Assembly: GCA_964252035.1 (NCBI GenBank)
Contig: OZ176203.1
DNA: 64,000 nucleotides
Origin: Podarcis erhardii
Taxonomy: Eukaryota
Direction: 5' to 3' (one strand)
How positions within the stretch are numbered: position 1 is the stretch's first letter; each line of letters begins with the position of its first letter. Made by a program: the position numbers and the translations under genes. Below are positions 1-36,067 of the stretch, in pieces. The notes below the pieces were generated by a model that was not told the DNA's origin, did no database searches, and worked only from the letters and a program-made list of their open reading frames with translations.

Positions 1-285
1 CAAATATGTGGCATTCTCATGACTTGCTACCTGTTGCTACTTTCCCCTTTTTCATAATGTATTGACCAGGGAACTAACAATGTGTCTATGACTAGTAAGC
101 ACATTTAAACAACCAACACCACTAGTTATTGATGAAAACTTAGCAATATACACACCATGGCCACATAAAACATGTTCTACATGTATCCCACTTTATACTC
201 TCAGTTCACAGGGAAAAATAACCCTGCTTTGTCAAAAGACATGTTTTTCAATGTATGCAATCAATTTATTCTTTATGTACCTTAG

Positions 286-22415
<22,130 letters not shown>

Positions 22416-22893
22416 ATTCTGGATAGATGGAATGTTGTATTATTCATCGTGACAGAGACTTTTATGCCCCAGACAAAATAACTTTGTGCCAAATGATTAA
22501 AGATCTGCCTACACCCCTTTGTTTGAACAACTAGCACAAGAGTTTTAATAGCACAACACAAATTCCAGCGAAGAGGAGGAATTTCCATGTGGCTTGGTTA
22601 TCGCACTGTTGTGACTGAAATTCTTCTTACTGTGCTAAAATCTTCTCTACTTCAAGTTCACAGGCAATTGAAAACTCAGGCAGTTTAGTTCATAGTGGTA
22701 CTATTTTAATGATGTTTTCCATAAGTAAAATCTACTTCAGGTTTATCAGTTTACAGGTTTTATGATTTTGACTTTTTAAATTGTCTTTTGTCACACAGAT
22801 TCTTAAAATGTTTGTATTGCATATAGCCAGAAATGAATGTTGATATCTGGGTGAGGAGTCCTTTATTTGTTTCTCTCTCTCTCTCTCTTTCTT

Positions 22894-22926
<33 letters not shown>

Positions 22927-25520
22927 TGCTTCACATAGAACAGCTTTATGTGTTGTTTTAAATACGATTACATATGCAATCTTTTGTCCAAAAATTATCT
23001 ACAAGATGAATCTTAAGTTTGTGTACAAATAGTGTATTTAAAAGGAAAAAAATGAAGATAAATTGGTCTTTGCAATGATTTGTGCCTTCTTTTGCCAAAC
23101 ACTGATTGGAGCTGGTTGTAGACCAGGTCTTAGAAATGTAGCTATCACAATGAAGCCTGACAGTCCACTAGAGGTCACTCTTTCAGTATTTTAGCTGCTT
23201 GCTCCTAAGAGAACATGTTTGGGGGGTTTTTGTTTTTTTGTTTTTGCTAAGGTGGTATAATGACCACAGCATGTTGAAGCTGCTTTCTTTCAACAACTGT
23301 GGCTTATTCAACTGAGAATTCACTGCTGCTTGATTTCATTCGAACTTTAAACACTTGCTTTCATCTCTAGGTTTGCACATCTTGGGTGAACAGAATATGC
23401 ATAATCTAAGAGCAAAAACGAATAAAATATAAAACAACAAGAGAGAGTTGTATTATTTTATGCACAGATATTGTGCAATATTAACCTGGTGTTTAATATC
23501 AATTGCTACATCTATTGTGAACTTATGGTGTGATTTTTGTATAATGGCATCCTAGAAGCTGGGCTTTCTTTCCTAGGGTTACAGAAAAGCAGTATTTAAC
23601 TCATCTATTTATAGATAGTGAGAATCTCAGATTTCAAGGTAAATTGAGTGTATGTGCACATGTGCACAATCTAAAAATAGTTCATGACAAAAACTGTAAT
23701 TTCCTATTTTAATAATAGATTGCATTATTAATACATCCTGTGTGTGTCTCTTCAGATGTAAATCCAATTCAATGAAAATTATTCCCAGATAAGTGTGCAT
23801 AGGACTGCAGCCTCACACTTACTAAGAGAGTAAGCCCCATTGAATTTAGTGAGACCTACTTTTGAGAAAACACACATAGGATTGGTTTGTGTGTTTCCTT
23901 GTACAATTAAGGTATTTGTGCTGCTGAAACATCCACTTGTTGCTGTCCAGTGGTGTTTTGGCTCTGCTCTGTGGTCAGAGCTATGAAGTTTACATTAAAT
24001 ATCACACGGTGACTCTGTTTATCATATCACATGACCATTTAGCATTCTCCTCTCCCCCACCTTAGGAATTCAGAGTTATTTGTTTGACTTCTAGTTTGAT
24101 TTTAATTGGCTTGAAAGCTTCCAACATGATGGTAATCTCTATAAAGATTTCTATAGTTCAGTTCCAGGAAGATGGAGCAGCAGGTTTTAGATTTAGTGAT
24201 GCATCAGAATCCTTGTCTTAATCATGTCTATTTCTTACTTACTACTTAACTTTAACACAATCACTAATTGAACATTTTTCACTGTGATATCCCTATGATT
24301 TTAAAGCTGCATTACGATCTCTGTATTCAGAAAACCCAACCCATTTTGATCAATATATTTCCATCGTGCTTCAAGCATGAGGAAATTTTGTGAAATCAAC
24401 TCCTTGATCGTCACAACGGCCATGTGTTCTAAGAGGTTGGTAGTATTCTTTACTATTTTACAGAATAAACTGTTGCCCAGTCCTGAGACTAGCTAGTGCT
24501 TGAGATATTGTGCTGTAACAAATGCACCAATGCAATGCTACGTGATTTAGCATTGCAGTAAAATACAAGCCAGCTCAAAGTGCTTAGGAGTGGACAGAAG
24601 GCAAATAGAAGCGTCAGGTGTGCACTTAGAATGCCAAAAGTCTGTGGGTTTCAGCATGTGGTCACGACACCTCTTCAGTGGCATGCTATTTTGAATGTTT
24701 TACGGGACACAGGTGCTTTTAACATGCACATGTGTCCATGTTGAGGATCCCCCATGTGTATCAAATTGGGGCAAGTAAATGAACATGCAAAGTTGAAACA
24801 GAGCTTCTCAAAGCCACTTGTAGGAAATGGATTCATATAGAAGCCGCTTCCATGTGGTTGCATTGCACGTTGCTCTGATAACAACTGATGAGAGAAACCC
24901 TATGTCAGTTGAAACATTTGGTTCCTTTTCCTGCTACCATCACTTTGGGGTGGGGGGGCTGAGGGTGTACATCTATATATACAAAGGTTACTGTACCAAT
25001 GCAAGGCCAGACCTGATCGTCTCAATGTGTGGCACCCACACAACAGTGGTAGCATATTAATTAGACCTATGGATGATATAGGCTCTTGTTTCCAGCCAGG
25101 TCTTTATAGATCTCTTGTAGTTTTCGAGCAATAAGAATTTATAGCTACTAACTTAAAAATTAAGAATTTGACAGGCAGACAAGTAATGCTTCTAAATTTA
25201 CAGATATTTGAAACTTGAGATTGTAGGATAGAATAGTGGATTTCTGATTTCACTCACCTGGAAAACTAACTTTGAATAATTACAGTATGGGTTCAAACAC
25301 AGGGCCATGTTCTAAAATGTTATTTTTTTGTGGGGAGTGGGACAGAGGGACCTATCTTAATTCAGCATTGTCTGACCTGAAATCAGGTTCTCTATTCCCC
25401 CCCCCCTTCTTTCTCCCCTTCCTGTTGCAATGGTACATTGTCATTTTATAAAACTGTATTGAGGAGTCCAACGTATTGTGTGATTTGTAAAATAAGATTA
25501 AATGAGATTTTGTGGAAATA
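22416..25520 (+). other. SH3KBP1: SH3KBP1 3' UTR (end uncertain; candidate tandem poly(A) sites)
   Basis: AU-rich sequence after the stop. AATAAA at 23421-23426 and 24464-24469, ATTAAA at 25497-25502 followed by GT/T-rich sequence, and another AATAAA at 26076-26081. Which site is used cannot be told from sequence. Confidence 0.55.
22872..22926. repeat. Imperfect (CT)n microsatellite in the SH3KBP1 3' UTR
   Basis: Read directly. Confidence 0.95.
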
Positions 25521-26487
25521 CCTTGTTTAAAGCTTTGTTGTTCTTGGAAAGATGAATTATCGCTTATTCTGCATTATAGTTACAAAATAGGAAGCATTTT
25601 TCAAAGAAATTACACTTCCAGTGCTTTAAAAGAAATGACCAATTATTCATTTACAGCCATTGTTATAATGTAGTTATGCCAGAAATATTTATTTTTCTCA
25701 TCAAAGCAAATAGAAAGGAACGCACTGCAAATTCATCTTGAACTGAAGATGTCTACTTTTGTTGGAATTGCCATGAATTGTCTTCAATGGGCACAGATGA
25801 AGCACAAATTTTGTGCTAGTTCTATTAAGCAACTTTTGCTTGCATTTTATTTCATTCAAGTTGCTTTAGTCATTATGCATAGCTAAGTTTGTTTTATAAC
25901 TCATATTTAATATATAAGTTTGCATTGCATAATTCTGACATGTTTCCTTATATAATTTACTAAAACTTCATGTATCTACAAATTCCTTTTTGTTCAAAAC
26001 CTCAAATTAAGGCAACTCCTTAGTATTACAGCACAATCTATATACCAACTCTGAGTTCAATGTAATATGTAGATAAATAAACTATTTAGACATCTGTGTT
26101 CCATGTTAGCCTGGACCACTAGAATTCCTAGCAAATGGGGATGGGTCTACCTCTGGAACACAGCAGTCAAATATATTAAACTAGAGAAAACGCGCAAATG
26201 TTTTCTTCCCTGCAACAAAACCAATATTTGTGCAAATTGTTTGCACACTATGGCCTGGTTTGCATAACACAGTAGGTCAAACTATGGCTTACCAAGGCCT
26301 TACAAATTTATGAGCTAAAGAGGAGCTTTGCAACTCCTTTGCTGCTGCTTTATTCTTCGTTGAACTAAGCTCAGCTTTGGCTTAGCATGTTATCCAAATT
26401 TGGGCTTCTGGTTAAGTTGTTTCTTCACTAACCATGAGCTGTAGCTGAGTAAAAAAAGGATTGGACTGCCTGCCCCATCCCTGTCCC

Positions 26488-26489
<2 letters not shown>

Positions 26490-26547
<58 letters not shown>
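26490..26547. repeat. (CA)n microsatellite
   Basis: Read directly. Confidence 0.97.
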
Positions 26548-26550
<3 letters not shown>

Positions 26551-28477
26551 AATGTGATTATAGAAAATGCAATTGTATAATAATGGGGGGAGTTCAAGAC
26601 TGCTTCCCAAGTAAAATATTTGCTTGCTCTTTTAAAAGAACTAAGCCAAGACTTGAGAGACCCAAGCGACAAAAATTTATCCCATTTCCCCTCAAGTTAG
26701 AAATACATATTTAGAAAAGAATCAGTCTTTTCCTTCTTTCAGTTGTGTTTTTGAGAGACTGATTCATTTGGAGGAAGAGTAAACATTGGTTCCTTGTGGT
26801 TTAGTGTAGCTCCAGCTCCTCAGTTAGTAGTTGTAATTGTGTGTCCTTTCTTATTCTCAGCTGATCCCAGGCAGATGGCAAAAAAGTTAAGTACCAGCAC
26901 CTGTTAAAAGGTTGCTCAGATACTGATAATGAAAGTCAGGTCAGCTTGCAGCAAAGGGGAAATGGCTCTGCAGATCTCCAAGTGTAGTGGATGGAACAGG
27001 AAAGGTAAGTTTCCAAAGACGTTAAACAGAAGGTCTGAAAAGCCACTGCAGTGGCAAAGTGCATCTTGCAGTACACTACAGTGAGCCAATAGTATGAGGT
27101 GATTCATTGTGTTGTGAAGTAGACAAAATGATCTCTCCTCTAGACTTTTAGGTATTTTTTCCTAATGGGTTTTTGAAAGCTGGTGGGGACTCTCAAGTGG
27201 TATGTGCAGGTCACACCTACCAGCCAGTGTTTGGGCTCAACTAGCAGGATGTGTTTGTGTGCGTGCATGCGCATAACATGAAAGAAATTGCCTGGCAGTT
27301 TGATTTTGGGGAGCAAGAGAAGCAGCCTGTTGCATTTAGCTAGCAAGAAGCAGCATTGGGGTAAGCTGCAAAGATATGCAATTGCTTAAGCCTTTGATGA
27401 ACCCATGATCCTTTAAAGATGGGACATTGGCTGGCTTGCTGCCTACAGTGCACAGCTTTGTATATTTGTAAATAAGCACATCTTACAAAAATGCCACCGG
27501 TCTTTAGTACTTATTGGCCCTTGCAGGAGAACCACGCCTGAGACTGGCTGCTACAGCCCATCCCAGGAAGGATAATGTGTGTGTGATTCTTATATGACTT
27601 TGAATTTGAGCTCAGCGTATGATCTGGTTTGTGTAATAAGGCTCGGCCCTAGAAATATGAGAAGTCATAAAGAATGAACAGAGGATTTGCAGTGTGACCT
27701 TTGGTCTCAACGGAATAAGCACATCTAGTGGTGGATTGATCTAGGTCTCATATTAGCAAATGTTCCACATAATGGGAATGTTAAGGCAGGGATCTTCAAG
27801 AGATGATCCACAGAAGAAATGGCTGTTTCTGCTTTCTCCCACCTGGTTCTGTTTTGCAAATTCCTCCAGGCTATTCTCAATTGGCAAAGGAGTAGTTCTG
27901 ACACTGCCTTCCAGGAGATAAGCTAACCCTCCCTATATTTTCCACTCTGACCAGAAGAGCTTTTCATAGGAAACCCAACTTCCTTTGCTTCCTCAGTCAG
28001 TTTCAGTTAAGGCTTTCATTTGGCTTTGGGAGGGGGGCACCAATTTAAAAACAACCTGGAAGAAGGCATTTGAATGACGTAGTGGGCAGAGAAAGCATTA
28101 AGCACTTTCTCACCTGATTCTAACTTCCTCGACATTATTGTTATTGCAGAGATACAAAGCTGGCTACTCCGTATTTTCCCCATAACATCTAGTTCTGCTC
28201 CTAATCCCTTTTTCATCTGGTATAAGGAGGCAGGCACAGAATCTGGCGTGCTCTCTTAAGTGTTTATAGAATGGAATTAGACCAGTCATTGTTAAGGTAG
28301 TTGTTATTCTGAATGGCATTTAAAATTTATCTGCCACTAATGGAGTGTCCCTTCAAGGAAAATATAACGTATTTGTGTGCATGTGTGCACACTCACTCAG
28401 AGCTGAGTTCTTACCTGCTATTGAGGTCAGCTATGTGAGAAGTGAGGTTACAGGGTGCCAGACAGAGGGCCTTCTCG

Positions 28478-28690
28478 GTAGTGGTGCCTGCCCTGTGGAA
28501 CATCCTCCCATCAGATGTCAAGGAAATAAGCAGCTATCTTTAAAAGACATCTGAAGGCAGCCTTGTTTAGGGAAGTTTTTAATATTTAATGCTGTTGTTT
28601 TTTTAGCACCCAATTGGGAGCCGCCCAGAGTGGCTGGGGAAACTCAGCCAGATGGGTGGGGTATAAATAATAAATTTTTATTATTATATA
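28478..28690 (+). mobile_element. L2 LINE 3' fragment
   Basis: Closely similar to 9505-9675 (AAAGACATCTGAAGGCAGCC...GCCCAGAGTGGCTGGGGAA...GGGGTATAAATAATAAAT). Confidence 0.75.
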
Positions 28691-29849
28691 GAGGAAGAAG
28701 ATTGTGTAATGTTTAGGACTCCTCTCCCCTCTCTTGTCCATAAATGTGACATACTAGCATGGTGAGAACTGCACTACTGATACCCACCACTTTATACTTC
28801 TGCAGCTGTATTGTGGCAAAGCTAAGTAGAAAAAGAACACAACAGCAGCTCTGAACATCTATGTTTAAGTGACATTTGGAGAATCAATCCCATTGGGTGT
28901 TGCTTAAAGAACAGCAAGTACCTGTTTGGTATTCATGTTTTCCTAGAGACAGCAAGAAAATAACCAGGGGCAATTCTTTGATCGAATCCACCATCTTGTA
29001 GACAATGACATGGAATTTAATCCCATGGGTTAAGAAATCCTTATCATTGGCCAACACAAATGTTTTTAAAGTGGGTCTTCTAAATTGCACTTCCTACACA
29101 GTATGAACCTTAAGACCCTGTTTAGACAGGAAATGATCAAGGGAAACTGAAATTGCAAAGCAACCCACAAAGTGGGAAAGTTCAAAGAAAAATGTAGCCA
29201 TGCATTATGTGCTAGTCAAGTGTTACCATTTTATCTGACCACACACTTTCAGTTTTCTTCCCCCCAGGGTGGTTGTAAAGAACAAAGGAATACTAAATTA
29301 TAAAAACTTAAGGAAAGTACATCCTATTGATCGTTCTATATGTATGAACAGAACTCTATGATGCCACACTTAATAGTATTAGTTTCAAAATTATTAAGAA
29401 CAGAAGATAAACATAAAACATTAAATGACCATACTCACATTCAAATTAATTTATATTATAATGTTGATATTTTCTTTTAAATATTTCCTTTTTATATAAT
29501 CTTTATTAAACTTAAAATCTAACACCCTCTAAACAGAATGCCTCATGATATATAGCGTTTGCCTTTGCATATGCAAAACAACTTATAAAACTACTAAAAT
29601 CAATTATCAGTAAAATAACATTTTAAAAAATATTTTCTATACAGTTTTACATGAAAAAATACATCAAATGAAAATCAAATGCAGGAAAGATCCACATTTA
29701 AAGCAGCATAACTAACAGAAAAGCAAAATATTCTCTTAAGCCTTAAAATGTTACAAATAAAATAATTCCATACTCCTAAAGCATCATTAGCAACTAAACG
29801 CAATAAATGAGACAGTAACTCAACCTTCCTGCACAAAACCAAACCAGTA

Positions 29850-30064
29850 CAGTTGTACTTCTGGTTAAGAACTTAATTCGTTCTGGAGGTGTGTTCTTAA
29901 CCTGAAACTGTTCTTAACCTGATGTATGACTTTAGCTAATGGGGCCTCCCGCTGCCGCCACACGATTTCTGTTCTCATCCTAAAGTAAAGTTCTTAACCC
30001 GAGGTACTACTTCCAGGTTAGCAGAGTCTGTAACCTGAAGCATTTGTAACCCAAGGTACCATGG
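29850..30064. mobile_element. TcMar-Tigger-like MITE, opposite orientation, more diverged
   Basis: Reverse complement of the 31422 copy. Confidence 0.8.
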
Positions 30065-31421
30065 CACGTAACTCCCAGAAAGTTCGCCATGAGGTTTGAG
30101 CTGAAATGGGTTCCCCACCTCTGCTATAGCTATTTGGAACAGGTGTGATTACTATTATGCTCTGATGAGTTATGTGGCAACCCAGTATGTGAAAGTGGAA
30201 CTGCATGTATGAGGTTAAAAAGAATTACCAAGTCTGTTTTTCCCTAAGGTAGGGTGGAAGAATTGTCAGCCACAGGTGGTTAAGTCTTTCAGGCCTTTTA
30301 AAGTATTTTCTCCCTATTCAAATTCCTAAACTGGAACTGCAAGGCTATATGAAAGCAGCAATTTGTAAACTTATTTCTGATCCATGCTGGAAGTAGGACA
30401 CCCTGATCTATATACTTAGAAGAGTCTTATACTAGTACATTATGCCAGTGTATCTATTGAAACACTGCTTTAATAATAATATAAACATTCACCCCTCTAT
30501 ATTTTTAGTAATAGCTATATTCTTAAATTCTATGTGCAAGTCTATGTTTCTGGATGTACAGGCCAAATGCAATGCATAAGGGATAATATACTGAGCAGTA
30601 AAGTTGATTTAATTGGTGATCCACTTCTGCTTAACCTGTTAATTATTTTCAGAACGAGAACATAGCTGTTGGTCAGGCAACACAGTCACATACCATTTAC
30701 TCCCTTACAAGGAACTTCAAAATTGCGTTGACAAAAATATGGAGGGGAAGTGGCAGGGAGCAAAGTTTCTTCTGCGGTTCCTAAATATTCAAAGTCTGGG
30801 AGGAGGGAATTGGACATGTTAACTTATTGAAGGGAAATTTGGGGAAGCCTGTGCAAACTAACAAAATAAACCTTGCATTCCTACACAAGTCTACTTAGAA
30901 GTCTCACTGTTTAAAAAGCAGCTTCCTCCCCAGCAAGGATGGCTAATTCTTTTTGGGCCAAGGGCCATGTTGGTGATCAGTCACACTCCGGGGGCCGCAT
31001 GCCTGTGGTGGGCAATAGCCAGTGTGTGTGTGCACTACACATACAACCCAATGCAGTTCACACACTTGCCATAGCCATTCAACAAATAGCACACACCCCA
31101 GGAACCCAGGCAACATAGCTGCCTCCTCCCTCTCACTTTCACACCTCCAAACACAGTCCTAGTCACACATACATTCACAGCTTTTACAAACAAATGCCCA
31201 TGCAACCAGCATTTCCAAGTCATGTCCACTCCAGTGTGGAGGGCTGGAAATGCTTTCTCGGCTCAGAAATCTGGGCAGAGTTTGCACCCACCTCCACTAT
31301 TAGTGCTGGGATTGGGAGGGGTAGAAATGTTGCCTTATGCTCGCCCCAGAACTAACTGTGCCACGTTAATGATCAAGTGCAAAGAGAGCATTTTCACCCA
31401 CCCCAGCGCTGCAGTGTTTTA

Positions 31422-31644
31422 CAGTGGTACCTCAGGTTACATACGCTTCGAGTTACATACGCTTCAGGTTACAGACACCGCTAACCCAGAAATAGTGCTT
31501 CAGGTTAAGAACTGAAATCGTGCTCCGGCAGCGCAGCGGCAGGGGGAGGCTCCATTAGCTAAAGTGGTGCTTCAGGTTAAGAACAGTTTCAGGTTAAGAA
31601 CGGACCTCCGGAACGAATTAAGTACTTAACCCGAGGTACCACTG
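31422..31644. mobile_element. TcMar-Tigger-like MITE
   Basis: CAGTGGTACCTC TIRs, TA TSD, CpGs intact. Confidence 0.9.
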
Positions 31645-33639
31645 TATGTGTGTGCGATGCTGCCTTTTACTCTTAAAGAACAGGCAGAGGGGTTTATCTC
31701 TGACCCCAGTGCTGTGGTGCTTAGCCTGCCTGCTCTTTAGAAAGGATTTCAGTGGTGAGATCAGGAGATAATGCCCTCCGCCTGCATGGTAGAGAAACTG
31801 TTATGGCAGTGCTTTTGCAGCAGCTAGTAGGTCCTTGGTGTGCATTAGATGTGCATCAATTTGAAGACACCGCTGGGTTGTTCAGAGGAACCCAGATGGG
31901 CACTGCATTGTGAACATCTGCATTGGCTTCCCATTCAAAAGATTGCTTCCATGTGTGGATATCCCTTGTTGGATCAGGATCACGGTATTTTATTGTAAAG
32001 GCTTTTTATTGTTACCTAGGAACTCCAAAATAAAAATGGGTGGTTCATTTATTCAGAAAGTCACCACCGAAATACAATATTGAGAAAATACAAGAATGTA
32101 TTTTCTATTGAAGTCTGCTGTATCCTTCAGGCTGTTGGGTTCATTTGTTGGCATTTTGTGCTAGCCGCTGCTGCACTTTCTGATAACTTGGTTCCCCTTT
32201 GAGTTCCACACATGCCATCCTTATCTAGATAAACATTTATCATATGAGATAATAGCCTATTAATAACCAGGGACCAAAGAGCCAGGCCACTGTTTCCAAA
32301 AACAAAAAGGAGATTTAGGTTTATGTTATTGAAATAGCAGAATCATGCCCCACGCCACCCCAATGATATAGTGTCAGCATAATGGTTAGAATGTCAGACA
32401 AGGAGCATGGAGAAGCGGCCACATTTTCCTATTTGCTTTTGGAGCGGGTGATAAGGGTGAATCTGCAATTGCAGAGCTTTAATGGACCTTAAATACTTTG
32501 AATGGGGGGGGGGCATCCCCTTCAAATGCAGATCTGACTCAAAGTGTTGTTTAGAATCACCTCCACAACTAGCCCATTTCCCTGCCAATGTATTTTCCTC
32601 CTTTCCATGCAAAAGAAATAACCCTTACTTTTGAAAAGTGTGTGTATAACCGGCAGTGAGAAACACTAGATAGACGATACTTTACCGGCCCCTTGTTTCC
32701 ATAGAAGTGATGTATCTGAGCATGTTTGGGAGTGCAATTTCCTTCCAGGGAGCATGGGAGTTGTGATTTACTGTGATTTCCAACCATAGGAGCCAACTCT
32801 TAGGGGCTGAGATCCCTTGGCAGCCCCCCATAAAATATTTGAGTGAGCTGGGGGCCCCAAAGTTGATGGGCACTGCTGTTCTTGAATGGTGTTTGTGCGC
32901 TGGGTCTTGCAATTTATTATGCAGGGCAGAGCTTACCTGAGTCCGCTCGCTATGTTTAGTTGTTTGGCATAGCACCCCTGTTAAATGTATATACACCCTG
33001 TTGTGTGTATGAATCCAAAGTGATCCATGCACAGAAATCTGCCTTCTGGGAGAAAGCTATAATTCTGAAATGGGGTTGCTTTTTTAAGCTACCTGTACTA
33101 TTTAATGTTTGTAGATGTGTTTTATTAGAAATATAGATTTGGTCAGAATTGTGTTGTGGGACAGGAAAATAGTTTGTATACAAGTAAATTTTTTTTTGTA
33201 CAATGATGTACTTATTTGTGAGATGCAAAATGAAAGCACCTGCCTAGTTATGAGGGTAACAATTATTTTACCTGTGCAGCTAAAAATTATACTTAACAAC
33301 TGAACCACATGTGAACACAATTAGAATTTCTTAAAGATGCTTTTGTAGCACTTGGACATTCACGTTTTACAGCATACAAGAAGTTAGCCGATTATTTCAA
33401 AATACATTTCTTAAAATATGTTAAGCTGAATTCAGGTGTTTTTCTACATCTTTACCAAGCTAGTTTCCAAAGTGCCAACCCCCTCCCCAGCAATCCCATG
33501 GTGTTCATTTAGAGTTTGTTAAATAGTTCCACTTCAAATTCTGATTTTAAAATTTATGAAGTTTTGCAAGAACACTTCACTTTTAATTTTTCACTTTTGT
33601 TTTGAGCAAATATCAATGTATCATAAAGACATTGTTGCT

Positions 33640-33900
33640 GAGAGCCAGTGTGGTGTTGTGGTTAAGAGCGGTAGTCTCGTAATCTGGGGAACTGGGTTCG
33701 ATTCCCTGCTCCTCCACATGCAGCTGCTGGGTGACCTTGGGCTAGTCACCCAAGGTCTCTGAAGTCTCTCTGAAGTCTCTCAGTCCCACTCACCTCACAG
33801 AGTGTGTGTTGTGGGGGAGGAAGGGAAAGGAGAATGTTAGCCACTTTGAGACTCCTTCGGGTAGTGATAAAGCGGGATATCAAATCCAAACTCTTCTTTA
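33640..33900 (+). mobile_element. tRNA-derived squamate SINE (Squam-like)
   Basis: A box (TGGTGTTGTGG) and B box (GGTTCGATTCC), body GGGTGACCTTGGGCTAGTCAC, CTT-type tail. A second, inverted older SINE follows at about 33925-34150. Confidence 0.75.
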
Positions 33901-34916
33901 AAGTCTAGTTTACCTGGAGCAAACGAATATTATTATTATTATTATAATTAATTACATTTATATACCACCTTTTCTCCCAAGCAGATCATGGTGGTACACA
34001 TGGTTCTTCTCCCCATTTTATCCTCACAACATCCCTGTGAGGTAGGTTACGCTGAAAGATGGTGACTGGCTCAAGCTTCATGGCTGGGCAAGGATTCAAA
34101 CCCTAGTCTCCCAGGTGATAATCCAACATTGTAACCATTGTACCACACTGTGTTGACTGAGTACAGGTTAAGTTAATCTAACAAACACACTAAGAGGGTC
34201 AGTTAAAATAGTATTTGTATGTACTCTATATTTTTGCAAATCAGAAATTACTTTTTAAGGCTGCATTCTTATATCTCATATCCAGCTCCCATTAATGACT
34301 TGGCTACAGATTGTGGTTAGTGAGGAGAGGGATTATGTGCCTGAATTCAGAGAATGTGCTAAGCCAAACCTTGGTATACCTCAGTGTGGTGTAGCAGTAA
34401 GAAAGACTAGGGATGAGCAGAGTGGCTGCAAAATCTTCTCCAAGACCCCACATGTTTGCTCAGTCCTTGTAAGCAATAGTTTGGATTACCAGAACATGCA
34501 AACCAGGCCAGTCTGAGTGCCCAGAAGAGTTTTGGAAGTGGGGGGGGGGGGGGACACACACACAACAGAGGCACAGAAAACAAATGAGGCATTCTCAGCT
34601 TGGGGTAAAAATGTATTTTTTCTTAGTTTCTTTCCCTACTGTCATTCATGTCTAACTAAGACTAAGGGCTGGTAAAACTAGCAAAAAAGCAATGTGCTTG
34701 AAACATGCAATTATGGTGGTAAAAAAAGACATCTGTTGTTATTATTTTTCTATTTAAGAGTAATATACTTTTTAAAGATGCATTTTTTTTAAAAAGAGTA
34801 CCCATGTGTAAAATCAATTATTTTACATACTGAACAAACAAAAAAAAGTACATTTCCACAACTTGTTAATAGTCTTACAGTGGGAAGAGGATGGGCTGGA
34901 AGAGGTCTCCAACTTG

Positions 34917-34964
<48 letters not shown>

Positions 34965-34976
34965 TAGATAGATAGA
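34917..34976. repeat. (AGAT)n tetranucleotide microsatellite
   Basis: Read directly. Confidence 0.97.
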
Positions 34977-35369
34977 TATATGCTGTGATTCTATGTGAAC
35001 TTACCAGGGAGTAAGTGCGTATGAACATACTGAGATTTACTCCTGAGTAGACATATATAGGATTCCCCTCTGACTTATTCTCTCAGCCCTGCTTATGCTT
35101 CTCTAGTATAGTTCTGGATTTTCTGGGCCACTGGAAACAGCCTTGCAAGGCGGGCCACTGAGAAGTTCTGATGAACATATTCATAAGGTACTACTGGCCA
35201 TGTCTCCACAGTTGGGAGGCAGTGATATTTCTGAATGCCAGTTGCTGTGAATTGTGAGTAGGCAGAGTGCTGTTGTGCCCACGTCCTTTCCCACGGGCAT
35301 CTGGTCAGCCCCTGTAAGAGCACGATGCCAGACCAGATGGGCAAATTCACCTCATCCATGAGGCTCCAT

Positions 35370-36067
35370 GGGGTGCAGGTGGCGCTGTAGTCTAAACCAC
35401 AGAGCCTAGGGCTTGCCGATCAGAAGGTCGGCGGTTCGAATCCCTGCGACGGGGTGAGGTCCCATTGTTCAGTCCCAGCTCCTGCCCACCTAGCAGTTTG
35501 AAAGCACAAAGTGCAAGTAGATAAATAGGTACCGCTCTGGCGGGAAGGTAAACAGCATTTCCATGCGCTGCTCTGGTTGGCCAGAGCGGCTTAGTCATTG
35601 CTGGCCACATGACCTGGAAGCTGTCTGCAGATAAATGCTGGCTCTCTCAGCCTATAGAGTAAGATGAGTGCTGCAACCCCAGAGTCGTCCGCAACTGGAC
35701 CTAATGGTCAAGGGTAAAGGTAAAGGGGTAAAGGGACTGACTCTGGGGTTGTGGCGCTTTATTGGCTGAGGGAGTTGGCGTACAGCTTCTGGGTCATGTG
35801 GCCAGCATGACTAAGCCATTTCTGGTGAACCAGAGCAGCGCATGGAAACGCCCTTTACCTTCCCGCCACAGCGGTACCTATTTATCTACTTGCACTTTGT
35901 CGTGCTTTTGAACTGCTAGGTGGGCAGGAGCAGGGACCGAACAATGGGAGCTCACCCCGTCGCAGGGATTCAAACCGCCGACCTTCTGATTGGCAAGTCC
36001 TAGGCTCTGTGGTTTAACCCACAGCGCCACCCGCGTCCTGGTATGGTCAGGGGTACCTTTACCTTTA
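35370..36067 (+). mobile_element. Sauria SINE (copy A), interrupted just before its tail by an inverted Sauria SINE
   Basis: tRNA-like head (GGTGGCGCTG...GGTTCGAATCC), core GCAAGTAGATAAATAGGTACC, and ACCTTT tail displaced to 36054-36067. Confidence 0.9.
35715..36038 (-). mobile_element. Sauria SINE (copy B), inverted and nested in copy A
   Basis: Reverse complement of copy A with two small deletions; flanked by duplicated ATGGTCA(A/G)GGG at 35704-35714 and 36043-36053. Confidence 0.9.

Noticed and set aside
33640-33720. tRNA-like A/B boxes here and at 35370-35450
   Set aside because: SINE heads: no complete cloverleaf, and they continue into SINE bodies.
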